DNA of 64,000 bases, taken from assembly GCA_951406725.2 (NCBI GenBank), contig OX597819.1:83638001-83702000 (forward strand), read 5' to 3'. The notes under the pieces are model-generated. The model searched no databases, was not told where the DNA came from, and was given only the letters and a program-made list of their open reading frames with translations. The DNA comes from Octopus vulgaris (taxonomy: Eukaryota). Within the stretch, counting starts at the first letter, position 1. Each line of letters starts with the position of its first letter. The translations under genes were made by a program, and so were the position numbers. Shown in pieces: positions 13,580 to 27,338 of this stretch.

Positions 13580-13810
13580 GTGGTTAGAGTGTCGAGCTCA
13601 CAAACATGAGGTAGTGAGTTCGATTCTTAGACCAGGCTGTGTGTTGTGTTCTTGAGCAATACACTTTATTTCATGTTGCTCTAGTTCACTCAGTTGTAGA
13701 AATGAGTGGCGATATCACTGGTGCTAAGCTGTAACCGCTTTTGCCTTTCCTTTGGTGGTGTGAAGAGAGCAGAGACTGGTATGCATAGGCGACTGCTGGT
13801 CTTCCATAAA
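13580..13810 (+). mobile_element. SINE family C
   Basis: GTGGTTAGAGTGTCG...GAGTTCGATTC...GTTGTGTTCTTGAGCAATACACTT...CACTCAGTTGTAGAAATGAGT. Confidence 0.7.
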
Positions 13811-13949
13811 AACAAGTGCCCAAGGTGCCACGCTGTGGAACTGAACCCGAAAGCACATGGTTGCAAAGTGAACTTCTTAACCACCACACACACTCATGCC
13901 TGCACCTAAGTATATGTTTATATATATGGGTGTGTGTGTGTGTGTTTAT

Positions 13950-14797
13950 AAAAGCGCGAAAATGTAAGGATCTTTTGGGCGTTGACTGATGAGGAATTAG
14001 CAACGAATTTTCCGTTTTTTTTTTGTTTCTGTGAAATGTTTGAAATATATATATGTTTCGTACTATTTTGTTGTACATGTTTCATGACGTCCTGTGCCCA
14101 CATATGCATATATATATATACGTATAGATGTAAATATGTACATATATTTATGTATATATGAATATATATATATTATTATATGATTAAACGCCATGCATCC
14201 TCTTCCAACTAAGTTTTATCTTAATTCTGATGCGCACTCTATACGATCTTTTTACTCTTTTGTTGTTTTTCTCTCTGTTATTCCTTTACCTCCTCTTCTG
14301 CTATTCATTTCTATCACTCTGTCACTCTCTCTTTCCCTCACTCCTCTTCCCTTGCTCACGTGGCTCCCACGTGACCATCGGCTGTCTTTCTTCCTTTCTC
14401 TCTGTTGTAGCTGGAACAAGGAAGACGTGTCCTTGTTTGTCTCCTGTCCTAGCTTGATTTATGCGTTCGCCACCACAACCTCGTTTAGGCTTAGCAGCCC
14501 TTCCTGTTTGTTTTCACTGTCCTGTTTGTGCTACCTATTTTGAACCTCCGCAAAAATCCCAAATTTTATTTAATTTGCTTTGCGGGAGCCACTGTTTTAT
14601 CGAAAGAGTATATTGTTGTTAAATGCTCGAAATACAAGACTAGAAAAACAGCCAACAACTGATGAAGGGTTGTTCTTTATGCTTGCTTTGTTTTCCATTT
14701 GTGTCTTTCGTTGTTCGAAAGAATTGTTCATGTTCCATGTAGTCGTGCTTCGTACTTTTTTTGTTGTACACGTTTTATGACGCCCTGTGCCCACATA

Positions 14798-14802
<5 letters not shown>
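13950..14802 (+). mobile_element. Two tandem Penelope-like terminal (pLTR-type) fragments ending in TA-rich microsatellite
   Basis: Both carry ACTGATGA and end in CGTACTWTTTTGTTGTACAYGTTTYATGACGYCCTGTGCCCACATATGCATA (~14059-14110 and 14751-14803). PLE assignment inferred. Confidence 0.5.
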
Positions 14803-14862
<60 letters not shown>

Positions 14863-14944
14863 GTATAGATATATGTATGTACATATACGTATGTATATAT
14901 GCATATATGTATATATATTATTATTATTATTATTATTATTATAT

Positions 14945-14990
<46 letters not shown>

Positions 14991-14991
<1 letters not shown>

Positions 14992-15349
14992 CGTGGCTAT
15001 GTGGTAAGAAGCTTGCTTCCCAACCACGTGGTTCCGGGTTCAGTCCTGGGCAAGTGTCTTCTACTATAGCCTTGGGCCGACTAAAATCTTGGACTTGATA
15101 GATGGAAACTGAAAGAAGCCTGCCCTATATGTGTGTGTTTATTTATGTGTGTTTGTCCCCCCACCTGCTTGACGACCAATGTTGGTGTGTTAACGTAACG
15201 TAGCTGTTCAGCAAAAGAGACCGATAGAATAAGTACTAGGCTTACAAAGAATAAGTCCTGGGATCGATTGCTTCGACTAAAAATTTTTTAACGTGGTCTC
15301 CAGTATGGCTGCAGTCAAATGACTGAAACCAGTAAAAGAATAAAGGAAT
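14991..15349 (+). mobile_element. SINE family A
   Basis: Head-to-tail match with internal deletions; follows (TA)n. Confidence 0.85.
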
Positions 15350-15770
15350 ATATATACACACTCATACACAGACAGAGCGATAACTTTTGGAACTGCTGAT
15401 AAGATATATATTCTCCATACAATTTGGTGTAGTCAACATTTACTGCCATACTTTGAAGTCTTCGTGTGCTTTTACATCTCTTATCAATACAGAACAATCA
15501 CATATTGTACAGTTGCATTTGGGTATGTACCTAACAACCTAAAAGTTTATACCTCATATTCAGTTAGTCTTTAATGTTGTTTGGCGCATACCTGTACTCT
15601 TAGCGAAGTAATTTATCTCTTACTAGCTCAGTCTACTTTCTTGTAAATAGATATCTGTAGCTTCATCTTATCATTTTTAATACGGGGGTCACTGTATACC
15701 TGATGTGTTTCGCTAGCTTACTGAGGTCATAAGTTATCGTGAATATATCTTGGCAGACTCCCGCTAAATA

Positions 15771-17031
15771 CGAGGGGCGTTCAATAAGTAATGCCCCTGA
15801 CCCACTTCCTATAGCAGTAGAGCAACGAAACCTGGCACAGTTATTAGTCTTTGTCTACATAGAAAACACCCAGAGTTACGCATTTCTCCCATCGTTTGAT
15901 GCAGCTCTGGAGACCGTTTTTGTAGAAGACCCCAGCTTGGTCCTCCAACCACGACGTGACTTCAGAAATCAAGGCTGCATCATCTGGGAAATGCTTTCCT
16001 TTCTAAAACAACTTCATGGCTGGGGAGAGGTGAAAATCAGAGGGTGCAAGGTCAGGAGAGTAGGGGGGATGGGGGTGGAGTTCATAGCCGCACGCCTGTG
16101 CTTCTGATCTGGCGACAAGCGAGATGTGGACCGGAGCGTTGTCCAGCAGGAGGAGGATTTCTTTGCTGATCTTGCCCCGCCTCTTGATTTTGATAGCTTC
16201 TCTTAATTTCCTCAAAAATGAAGCATAATAGGTTCATGTAATTGTGGTACCCTTTGCCAGGAAAGCTGTCATCACTACTCCGTCCTGGTCCCAAAAGACT
16301 GTGAGCATGACCTTGCCAGCGGAGGGCTGCACCCTTGCCTTCTGTGGAGGAGGTGAGTCACGGTGCTTCCACTGCATTGACTGGGCTTTGGTCTCTGGAT
16401 CATGGTGATGGACCCAGGTTTCATCCTGTGTAATCAGTCTTTTGAAAAATTTTGACTCATCTTCTTGGCACATCTCCAAATTCATCCTCGAGCACTCGAC
16501 GCGTTCTTGCTTCTGGAAAGGTGTGAGCAACCTGGGAATCCATCTAGCAGACACCTTTTGCATATGCAAATGGTCATGAATGATAGTTTCCACAGACCCG
16601 GTACTAATCTTGACCTTATGGGCTATTTGGCGAATAGTTATGCGTCGATCTTCCAAAATGGCAGCCTCAACTTGACGGACAGATGCCTCATCAATGACAG
16701 AAGGGGGGCGACCAGATCTGGGAGCTGTTTCCACAGAGTTCCGACCATGTTTGAATTCACGATGCCAGCGTTTTACAAGGTCATCTGATGGGGCATCATC
16801 ACCATAAGTTACTTTCATTTCATCAAAAGTCTTCCGTGGTGTGCGTCCTTTCAAATACAAAAACCGGATCACTGCTCGACACTCAACAGGCTCCATTTCA
16901 TACTTGACTCAGTTCAAACACCTGTAAATCAGAAACTGCAATTAGAGATATAAATAATTGCACATGCAAAATTTCAGCTAGATCAAATAATTGCAAGTGG
17001 GCCAGGAGCATTACTTATTGAACGTCCCTCG
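15771..17031 (-). mobile_element. Mariner (DD34D) DNA transposon, copy 1, full length
   Basis: 37-bp TIRs CGAGGGGCGTTCAATAAGTAATGCCCCTGACCCACTT (3 mismatches between ends); TA TSD at 15769-70 and 17032-33. Confidence 0.97.
15844..16896 (-). pseudogene. Mariner transposase, 350 codons in one frame with two nonsense codons (16234, 16003)
   Basis: WIPRLL, QDETW, LDNAPVH and YSPDLAPSDFHL motifs; 34 residues between the second and third catalytic D. Confidence 0.95.
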
Positions 17032-18220
17032 TACAATATATGAATATAATTTGTTCAGTCTTCTAACGTCTCAATGGAATTTACAAATCATCACCACCAA
17101 TACGTAATATATGATCGCCAAGATATATCTTTCAAAATGTGACTTTTGTTCTAAGAGAGGCTACTCTTCCTACTAATGCTGTCATTAACCAGCCTACGTG
17201 CTACAGCTCACGCGTAACTCATTGCTCGTATGTATACTATTTCACCTGTAGATTCTTATTTAGAAGCATTCCCCCCCCCCCCCCAATACTGGATTTACAT
17301 CGAATGTTTCATTATAAGATCTCCAATTCACAAATTTTACTAAACTGAAAATTTAGCCGATTTTATTTGCTCATCCCTTTTCACCTTTTTTTCATTGCAC
17401 AGTTAATCCCTACTACGAGGCTCTACGCATTCGTCTGTCGTAAGAACAAATGAAAACATAACTTTAGTATTCGCATAAATATTCTTCATTTCATTAAAGG
17501 AGAAATATGCAAACCATTTCTATAATGGATGGTCATACTTATTTCTGCGGGAGCATTTCCTCTCGGTCTAAAAATAGTAAAGTAATTCCTTCTTGAATAA
17601 CAATTATCGCATTAAATCTCTTTCCGTTGAAATAAATAAATAAATAAGAACATTTTTTGGGACTGTATAATTGTTTATATTTTCACTTTTAATTTTGTAA
17701 ATCTCACCGAATACCCATGAATGGCGTTCACTCCTGGATTGGGTAGTTTTTTTTTATTGAACATTTGAATAAATTTGATATCGCTTAGCGTAAAAGAAAT
17801 TAGGGGAAGCTGCTTTAATATGGTATTTTGGATCTAATGGTATTTTGGATCTAAATTAATTCTCTGTTTAAAGCTATACGTCATTTTATTCACAATATGC
17901 ATGCACATCAGGTTAGTTGTCAACGACGAAATGTGATAATCCTAGGAGCTTTAAGGATCTTTAAACATTACTTTATCAATGGTTTTTATTATATATTATT
18001 TTATTATATATTAATAACTGTAATCAGGTTTTTAAATACTAATAAATCTATGACTTTACCGCGGTGTAATTAATCTGCTTCTATGGATCAAATATTTGAA
18101 AATGATCAAGGAAAGAATAATCTAATTGGCCATTCTTTTCTTGATCGTCTTCAAATTACCAATTATTCCCAAAAGTGAATTATAAAGAGAATTTTAAAAT
18201 TAACGAAACTATATGTTAAA

Positions 18221-18436
18221 TTTACTCTTTTTCTCTTTTACTTGTTTCAGTCATTTGAGTGCTGGAGCACCGCCTTTAGTCAAGCAAATCGACCCCAGAA
18301 CTTATTCTTTATAAGCCTAGTACTTATTCTATCGGTCTCTTTTGCCGAACCGATAAGTTACGGGGACCTAAACACACCAGCATCGGTTGTCAAGCGATGT
18401 TGGAGGGACAAACACAGACACACAAACATATACATA

Positions 18437-18513
<77 letters not shown>

Positions 18514-18667
18514 CGACGGGCTTCTTTCAGTTTCCGTCTACCAAATCCACTCACAAGGCTTTGGTCGGCCCGAGGCTATAGTAGAAGACACTTGCCCAAG
18601 GTGCCACGCAGTGGGACTGAACCCGGAACCATGCGGTTGGTACGCAAGCTACTTACCACACTCCTAC
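18221..18667 (-). mobile_element. SINE family A
   Basis: Near full-length match with internal (CA)n(TA)n. Confidence 0.9.
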
Positions 18668-19106
18668 AGAATTTTATATCAGTAAGTTATACTTAAAACT
18701 GATGAGAGCAAGCGGTGTTTCTTAACTGAAATGAGCATTATGCTTTCATCAACTGTAGGATCTTTGGAGTTGCTTGTTACCCACATTCATGGAAGATAAA
18801 CCCTGTTAATTTTTCTCGGAGCTGAGCTTTCCCTAAATTTGGTCTAAGTTCTCTGAGAAAAAGAGAAAATGATTTTTTTGTCAAGACTTAAAAACTTTGG
18901 TTATTAGACGCGTCGACATTGTCAAACTATAAGCATACGTTTTCTTATTTTTTCATCCCTAAATATTCACTTTCAGCTGTAATCATTAAGCTGTGAGAGT
19001 GAGCGGATTGTCTCCATGTTCTTTTAGAACTGTAACTTCTGTATCTCTGGCCAGCATTCGGATAGGTTTAAGGTAATAAATTTTAGGGTTACATGTTGGG
19101 TAGGAG

Positions 19107-19375
19107 CAGGACCAACACTAGGAAGTGCGGTGCCTAATTAGAGAATTGTCAGCAGGGCCCGCTATTCTACAAAAGCTGAAAATTGATGTTTTCTGCTTTA
19201 TGTAGTACGCCAGTCCCAGCCAAAAAGCATTGAGGGCTTGAAACTCCACCTTTATCTAAAATTATATACTAAAAATTCATCATAGCGTCCTCCGCTCGAG
19301 AGTGTGCGCTGGGCTCTCTCTTGGGCCGGGGCCCAGGCTGAACAAATCTATCTAATTGCCTTAAAACCGGCCCTG
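19107..19375. mobile_element. hAT-type MITE, degenerate
   Basis: CAGGACC...CCGGCCCTG termini; imperfect 8-bp TSD GGTAGGAG/GCTTGGAG. Confidence 0.55.
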
Positions 19376-19796
19376 GCTTGGAGAGCGCTTCGTTGTGTGT
19401 TTATACTAAATTTTTGCATAGTTTCGATTCTTAGGCCGGGCGAAGTGTTGTGTTTATGAAAAATGCGTTTCATTTCACATAGCTCTCATCCACTCCGCTG
19501 AAGATGTTGGTGCATGTCTTGCTGCTTCTAGCCGTCACATCCTCGATGTCCCATCGTGTTAAGGAGTGGCAGAACTGAGAGGGTGTTATGTGTGCTTGCG
19601 ACGGCACATAAAACAATTAGCTTTCAGGTCACACTAGTTTGCAGTAGTAGTGAAAGGAACAAGAACAAAAGTAGCAGTACCTACACCAGCAACAACAACA
19701 ATAACAACAACAGCAACAAGACTAGTAACAGCAACAACGACGCACACAGCAAAACCACAGAACCAAAAGCCACCACCCAGGAAAATATCCTCTATG

Positions 19797-19830
<34 letters not shown>

Positions 19831-19867
19831 TGTATGTATGTATGTATGTATGTATGTATATATACAC

Positions 19868-20059
19868 ACACACATCTATCTATATATGTTTGTGTGTGTA
19901 TATACTTACGTTCATACATACATACATACATACATACATACATACATACATACATACATACATACATACATACATACATACATACATACATACGTATGTA
20001 TGTATGTATGTATGAACGTAAGTATATACACACACAAACATATATAGATAGATGTGTGT
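19868..20059. repeat. Fold-back (inverted duplication) around (CATA)n/(TATG)n
   Basis: ACACACATCTATCTATATATGTTTGTGTGTGTATATACTTACGTTC and its exact reverse complement flank the repeat; strand switch at TACGTA (19991-19996). Confidence 0.9.
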
Positions 20060-20119
20060 ATATATATATATATGCGTTTCAGCCAAGTGGCTGTGGGCGT
20101 GCTGGAGCACCACCATGAC

Positions 20120-20277
20120 TTTCCCTCCCTATGCTGTGCTCTCTGCACGTTCTTTGCATGGCTCTTCTCTGCCACCTGATGTAGTCCAAGCAAGACTTTC
20201 GATGGCACACCTGGTGTTTAAGAGAATTTAACATCGCTGCCCTCAACTGTGTCTCATTTCGAGCCATCGATTCGTCT

Positions 20278-20280
<3 letters not shown>
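20120..20280 (-). pseudogene. Short RTE-like ORF C-terminal remnant
   Basis: ESMARNETQLRAAM...IRWQRR resembles the RTE C-terminal WE.LA.DR..WR..V...KR.RR pattern. Confidence 0.4.
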
Positions 20281-20324
<44 letters not shown>

Positions 20325-21146
20325 GACTAAAATATACAAAAGATATACAGAAAACATATACCAAAAACAGAAGCAGGTGAAAGAACAATAGAGTGTATTG
20401 GTTTGCGCTCAGGAAAATTAGAAGTTTTTAACGTTTTGAGCCTACGCTCTTCTACGGAAAGAAAGGAGGAGGAAAAAAAAAAACCTGTCTGAGTTAATGA
20501 TGCTACACGTTGAACTGACCAGAAGGATGGAAGTGGCTGGCGGCGTGGGTGACAAGGGAGACAACAGTGACCTGGCTAAAGTGTGTGAGCGCAAGCATGT
20601 GTGTATAAAGTGTGCGTATACTGGTGACGTCATAAAAGGTCCCACGAGCAGCCTTCAACTTTCCTATCCAAAAGCGTTTTTCAATCTAGTTTTTACAAGT
20701 TTATTATTAATAGCTTTATCTGTTTCGAGATCCACTAATCAAAAAAAAAACTTTATGTGTGTGTGTCTAAAAATGCCCTGAGTAGCTGAACGTCAGCAAA
20801 AACCGTTCCCGGTCAGTAAAATATCATTTTTCTTCTACTGCAGAACCACTTTTGGCTACAACATGTACTAAAATTTATTTAGTAAAACTTTATATATTCG
20901 AAAACTTTTATTTCAGCCAAAAACCTTTCATTAAGCCGTGATTTTCTCTCTCTTTCTTTTCTTTTAGGATTGTGCGTGTAAAATCACATTGAGAAAACAT
21001 ACACTAATACTTTTACAGTAAAACTGCTGTATGGAAACATTTGTTATGTGGAAAAACATTTTTGTATTTTTACTTTCGTATTTATAGACATATAATAAAA
21101 ATATTTACCTTCGATATTAAAAAGTAAAACTTGTTTTATCCAAACA

Positions 21147-21196
<50 letters not shown>

Positions 21197-21347
21197 TGTA
21201 TGTATGTATGTATGTATGTATGTATGTATGTATGTATGTGTGTATTTATGTACGTGTGTGTGCGTGAGTGCGCGCGTGTGTGTATACATATAAATTATAT
21301 TATATATATATATTGTATGTCTATACAAACATGCATATATACATTTG

Positions 21348-21403
<56 letters not shown>

Positions 21404-21504
21404 AATATATATATAGATATGTATGTATATATATATAGAGAGAGAGACATATACATATATATATATGTATGTATATACATACATACATACATGCAAATTA
21501 TTAT

Positions 21505-21739
21505 CTTTTTTCTTTTCCTTTATCAGTCATTAGACTGCGGCCGTGCTGGAGTACCACCTTGAAGTGTTTGGTCGAATATATGTCGGCCCTAGCACTAATT
21601 TGTAAGTCTGGTGCTTATTCTATCGGTGTCTTTTGCCGAGCCGCTACTTATCGAAATGTAAACAAACACAAACATAAATATAAACACACACGCTCGCATT
21701 ACATTCATGTATACTACATATATACATCTCCCTCCCTCT

Positions 21740-21773
<34 letters not shown>

Positions 21774-21905
21774 TACATATATACCAAATTCACTCGCTAG
21801 ACATTGATCGACCCGGGGCTATAGTATAAGATACTTGCCCAAGGTACCGTGCAGCGGATCCGAACCTGAAACCATGTGGCTGCAAAGCAAGCTTCTTAAT
21901 CACGT
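21505..21905 (-). mobile_element. SINE family A, older diverged copy
   Basis: Tail CAGTCATTAGACTGCGGCCGTGCTGGAG and head GAAACCATGTGGCTGCAAAGC recognisable. Confidence 0.75.
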
Positions 21906-21989
21906 AGCAAATCGTGCAATAATATCGTTTACGATACTTTCATCTAAAAGAAAAAGAAAAGAAAAAAACAAACGGAAAAGCCGGCTTTG

Positions 21990-22620
21990 GTAATCAAAGA
22001 TACTAGTTGTGTGAAGTCTCTGATCCTTTCATAACTAGGATTCTTCCCTATTAGGAATACTAAAATGACCCCTATATAAGTCTACATGTTATCTGGTTTT
22101 GAAGGCCGAAAGTAAAACTTAGCTTTTCAATTATGATTATTAAGGAGACGTATCTAAATACTTCAGGCCATTTTGTTCTACAATCTAACAATTATGCCAA
22201 TTCACTACCGTTTGTAGAACGAGCCAAGGTAATCCTTTGAACGCGGAAAGCGAATATATCCGTTCAAAGTTTTATTATCGTTAAATGCGGAAAGTGATTA
22301 AGCAAAAACAGCTTTGAAAAAAAAAAAAACCTCTCCTTATCCTGCGAGGAGCGGAGAGACTCCCAGTGACATTTTTTGCAGATAACGATATTCTAGATTT
22401 GCTTAATTTTTTCACATATTTCATCAAACATCTCTTTACAGAGCAAGAATCAAATACTTTTAGTGGTGAATCGTAAACCATACTTACATGTGATATTGAA
22501 AATGTATTGCAGAAGCAGAAAATATAAATTCTGTTTTATGGTGGATAATTATCATTACGAGAATGACCCCGAAGTTTAATTACAAAATCAAAAGGAAATA
22601 TAGGGATTTAAAAGACCAAA
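21990..22620 (-). pseudogene. Highly degenerate L1/Tx1-like RT remnant
   Basis: LKVFDS...VTGSLSAPRRIRRG resembles KAFD...NG.LS.P..I.RG(VRQG); many lesions. Confidence 0.4.
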
Positions 22621-23294
22621 TATTGTCCCCGTAGGAAGAACTGCGAGGAAATATCTTCAGGGTCGTACGACCTGCTAAACATTGCATTCAAATTTCACTT
22701 AAATTACACCACCTTAAAATTACACCCTCTTAAAAAAGAACAAAAGAAGGAACAATTGGAGCTTAAATATACTAAGGATATATGGTTATTGTTGGCCTAT
22801 CTGTGATTATAAGGCCTGCATGAACTTGGGTTAAAACAACGACAATAAATGTATGTACAAATCAAAGAGGGGTGCTCTACATGGCCAAGTCTCCTAAATA
22901 TCAGACCTTTCCGTTTTAAAAGGTCTTGTGGAAAAAATAAAGAAGGAAGGTAGGATGGTCACAATTAGATTGCACAATTAAGTTTGCTTGATCAGGGCTA
23001 TCCTCGAGCAAAGTACGAACAGCTACAAGGCCAGTTATGTATCTAGTGTAAATGTAGATGTAGCAGAACTTGTGAAGCTCTTGCTTGAGCGAAGAAATAT
23101 TTACGCAGAAAAGAGGAGAAAATCGGATTTTCAAAGAACACAAATCATTGATCTGTTCTTAAAAATGAAAATCAACAGATTTTTTTTCTTTCTCTCCTAT
23201 GATTATGCTCACCACTTTATCTCATTGCTTTATAATGTACTTAGTGTAGTATTTTGTGAAATTTTGCTGGGAGACAAATATTACTATTAAAATG

Positions 23295-23454
23295 CACCAC
23301 TACCGCCACCACTGCCACCACCACCACCACCACCACCACCACCACTACTACTGCTGCTGCTGCTGCTACTACTACTACTACTACCACCACAACCACCACC
23401 ACCACCACCACCACCACCACCACCACCACCACCACCACCACCACCACCACCACC

Positions 23455-23529
<75 letters not shown>
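23295..23529. repeat. Compound trinucleotide microsatellite (CAC)n/(TAC)n/(TGC)n
   Basis: Direct reading; produces the poly-H/Y/V pseudo-ORFs. Confidence 0.95.
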
Positions 23530-23531
<2 letters not shown>

Positions 23532-23939
23532 ATTTTGCATCAATGTTGTATCAGCGATTTTTGTGAAACCAGAATGACTGTGTAGCGACTACGGTTGCAC
23601 CATGGTGTCTGAATTAATTTGTTCTCTGTCATATAATGTAGCTAAAAGAAAGGTCAATGACAGTGAGAATAGAATATATTTATGTGTTTTTCATGCTGTA
23701 GATTTGAAGTAACTGTGTTTGTCAAGTTTAGTTCAAATAATTTAAGGGAAATATGTTTGTTTCATATTTTAGCTGATCACACATTCTGAGGTCTAGGCGA
23801 GTCCTACAATGTGTGCCCTCTTTTTTGCAGTCCTACATTATACGCCCCTTTTAATGATTTTTGTTTAATATAAATTCCTCCAGCCATCACTCTCTTTACA
23901 TTAGCTGAAAAATGCTTTTGAAAAAATTATAATTAACAT

Positions 23940-24111
23940 AGGCACAGACGTGGCTGTGTGGTAAGAAGCTTGCTTCCCAACCACGTGGTTCTGGGTTCAG
24001 TCTCACTACGTGACATCTTGAGCAAGTGTCGTCTACTATTGCCTTGGGCAGACCGAAGTCTTGTGAGTGGATTTGATAGACGAAAACTGAAAGAAGCCCG
24101 CCATGTATGTA

Positions 24112-24151
<40 letters not shown>

Positions 24152-24422
24152 CGCACATATATATATACGCACATATATATGTGTGTGTGTGTGTCTTGTT
24201 TATCCCCCACTGCCGCTTGACAACCAGTGTTGGTACGTCTACCTCCCCGTAACCTTAACAGTTCGGCAAAGGAGACCGATAGAATAAATACCAAGCTTTA
24301 AAAAAATGATAAGTACTGGGGTCGATTCAGTCAATTAAAAATTCTTCAAAGTGGTGTCGTAGCATGGCAGCAGTCTAATGACTGAAACAAGTAAAAAAAA
24401 AAAAAGAAAATAGAGGATAAAG
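23940..24422 (+). mobile_element. SINE family A
   Basis: Full-length match with internal (TA)n/(TG)n. Confidence 0.88.
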
Positions 24423-24516
24423 AACGGCACAATAAATGTGTAGTGTTACTATCATGTATATCACCAACTAAATCTGTTTTCTGGCAAGAATTTTAAATAT
24501 TTATCGCGAAATCAAT

Positions 24517-24680
24517 AGGCGCAGGAGTGGCTGTGTGGTAAGTAGCTTGCTTACGAACCACATGATTCTGGGTTCAGTCCCACTGCGTGGCACCTTGGGC
24601 AAGTGCCTTCTACTATAGCCTCGGGCCAACCAAAGCCTTGTGAGTAGATTTGGTAGATGGAAACTGAAAGAAGCCCGTCG

Positions 24681-24730
<50 letters not shown>

Positions 24731-24942
24731 GTATATCTATGTCTGTCCCCCCAACCTCGCTTAACAACCAATGCTGGTGTGTTTAGTTCCCCGTAACTTA
24801 GCGGTTCCGCAAAAGAAACCGATAGAATAAGTACTAGGCTTACAAAAAAGAAGTCTTTGGGTCGATTTGATTCGACTAAAGGCGGTGCTCCAGCATGGCC
24901 ACTGTCAAACGACTGAAACAAGTAAAAGAGTATAAAGAGTAA
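24517..24942 (+). mobile_element. SINE family A, young full-length copy
   Basis: GGCGCAGGAGTGGCTGTGTGGTAAG head, GGTTCAGTCCC B-box, CACCTTGGGCAAGTG CORE-like segment, GTAAAAGAG tail. Confidence 0.92.
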
Positions 24943-24999
24943 ATCACGTGATGGGTCATTACAGCACACGGCTCTCCCATATTCCCCGCCCTCCGCCAA

Positions 25000-25480
25000 C
25001 CCAGTCCTTCATTCCTCCTCCGTTGCGGGAGTGACATTTCCTGCTTTGTTTATGACAGAGATATCATGGTTTTAATTGAGTCAAGGAATTTTGTTTTAGC
25101 CGTTCAGAATTTGTGCGGCGCTTCCAGATGGTCGTTTAGATTGTACCGTCTGTTGTACCGTTCCTGGGTAAAATCATTTGTGGTGGGGAGCGAAGAATCT
25201 AATCATTAGATTAGGCAACGTTTTCCGAGAAGTAGGTCGCATTTCTGAAAAAAATTCAAGGTAATTCAGAAAGAGCCATTCAGCAAGAACCGCAGGCTGC
25301 CTTGGTTTATCAATTTGTGATCCTTTGTGTCTGGGAACAAAGTGAGCCCAGAGATGAGCTTTTTGTTCAGGTTAAACACTCTTTGCATCGGCTCTGAGCT
25401 GTGCGTAATCAACGAACTCCCGAAGAGTTATTAAAACAGATCATTCGAGAAGCAAACTTATCAAAGTCTCTTCAGTTGTG
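25000..25480 (+). pseudogene. Degenerate L1/Tx1-like RT fragment
   Basis: ISCFVYDRDIMVLI resembles a decayed SAYADD.TV motif; downstream SERAIQQEPQAALVYQFVI resembles W..R.LS..GR..V...FI. Confidence 0.35.
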
Positions 25481-26869
25481 ACCATTCCTTTGTTTTTGTT
25501 TTGCTTTTGTTTTCATAGATAGGATATGCGAGGCCACATTATCTAACGTTATTTCTTTCTGGAGATTGTAGGGTGTGACGTGAGGGAAGTTTATTTCTTT
25601 ATTTTTTTATTTTTTATTTTTTGCTAGCAGACTAAGCTGCTGTCTAGTATCCGCGTTATAGCTAGAACAATAATAGTGCTGGTGGTGGTGGTGGTGGTAG
25701 TGGTGATGAGACTGATGGTGATGATGATGGTGGCGGTGGTGTTTGCGTTGGTGGCGACGACTGTGTCGTTGCTACTGATGACGATGAGTTTAAACGGAGA
25801 GGGAAGATAGGGAATATTTTTATAGCAAATGTATCAAGATTGGAACTCGTGACTCATGGGCTGCCTAGTCCCCTCTCATCTTATTCCAGACACTTTTCAA
25901 TCTGTATGTAACGAAATTATATTGATGTTTCGTGGCATCGTCCGTGAAAAGAATATTTTACCTTTGATTTTTCACATTTTTAGTTTAAGATTAACCCCTG
26001 ATTACCTCTAAGACTACAAATATTTACTCTCACGCCAACACGAATATACTCTGTTTAAGAGCCATACGATGTTTTAATTTTTTTATGCGTATATTTCTAC
26101 TGTGTCGTTTCAATTGTAGTTTAACAAAAATGTGACTGGAAAGTGCTGCCTTCTCTAACGGTCGGTCTATTTTGCTTTTGTATATAGAGCAGAACCGCTA
26201 GGAAAAGGCAATAGATTTTGTAAGCGAGCGTAATATCCAAAGTATTAATTCTTTCCACTCTGGGCACGAAACCTCAAATTTTGGGGAAAGGGGCAAATCG
26301 ATTACATCGACCCAGTGCTCTACTGGTACTTGTTTTATTGGATTCAAACGGAGACAGGCAAAGTCGACTTCGGTGGCATATGAATTCAGAACGTAAAACC
26401 GGAAGAAATGCCCCTGACCAATTTGCTCGGCACAGTAAAGTTGTGGAAATGTTTCACCATCACATACGAAAACCAGTTCTAGCTACATGACAATTCTACT
26501 GTTCATACAACAATTTCACCTGCAGTGACAGCAACAAATTATCTCTCTTTCTCATCCCATCATCCATACACAACTTTGTGTATAAGCTGATGTAGCCAGG
26601 AATTGCTCTCTACTTTGATAAAGTGCTCTGCCTAACACACAAGATTTCTCCTCTTTCTTCTCCTTGTGGAGTACTTATGCCCTTCTGTGCATTTTTTCTT
26701 TTTCTTTTCCAAATTTAATTTTGTTCCTCCTTAGCCGTTGCCCTTTATTTTTTATTTCTCTTTATAACAGGAATGTTCTGAAATGCATTTTAGGCTCAAA
26801 GCAATTTTTTAAACAAGTTATAAGTTACAGAAAGAGAAGGGAGAAAGGTGTTCGTATAAGCTTCAGAGG

Positions 26870-27240
26870 CCCTCCGTGATGTTGGCATTGTTGCAGTCGA
26901 TGTTCCGTAGGTTGATGGCATCTCCCATAAAACTTGGACTGGAGAATATTCGAGATTATTCTAGGAAGGAAGGATAGGACGAAATGATTAGTGCTGGGAA
27001 ATAGGACAGTCGGGATGGTGAGGGGAGGAAAGACAAATGTATTATATGTACATATTACTGGTGGAAGGGGAGAATTCATGCAGCTATTTTAAAGGACCAA
27101 TAGCTGTTATAGTTATAAAAAATATAGAAAAGAAGCAACACGTTTGTTAGTTGATAGATATAATATATTGATTCGTAAATTCATGCCAAACTGGCGAAAA
27201 GACTACTTTTGAGTGTCATCAAGGACGTTTGTAAGTTGCA
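26870..27240 (-). pseudogene. Degenerate CR1/Jockey-group RT 3' end
   Basis: LYFYNYNSYWS...STNHFVLSFLPR resembles LFY.YY...CS...RT..F..SFFPRT; a similar remnant lies at ~52570-52900 (-). Confidence 0.45.
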
Positions 27241-27276
27241 CGTGTGCTACCTGTCATATATGTGTAGTATCATTGA

Positions 27277-27338
<62 letters not shown>

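Noticed and set aside
15380-18200. Possible very old L1/Tx1 ORF2 remnant (minus) flanking mariner copy 1
   Set aside because: Only faint motif echoes; cannot be supported without a profile search.
20625-20638. CRE followed by TAAAAG as a promoter
   Set aside because: Single site lying between PLE-like terminal fragments; no downstream gene.
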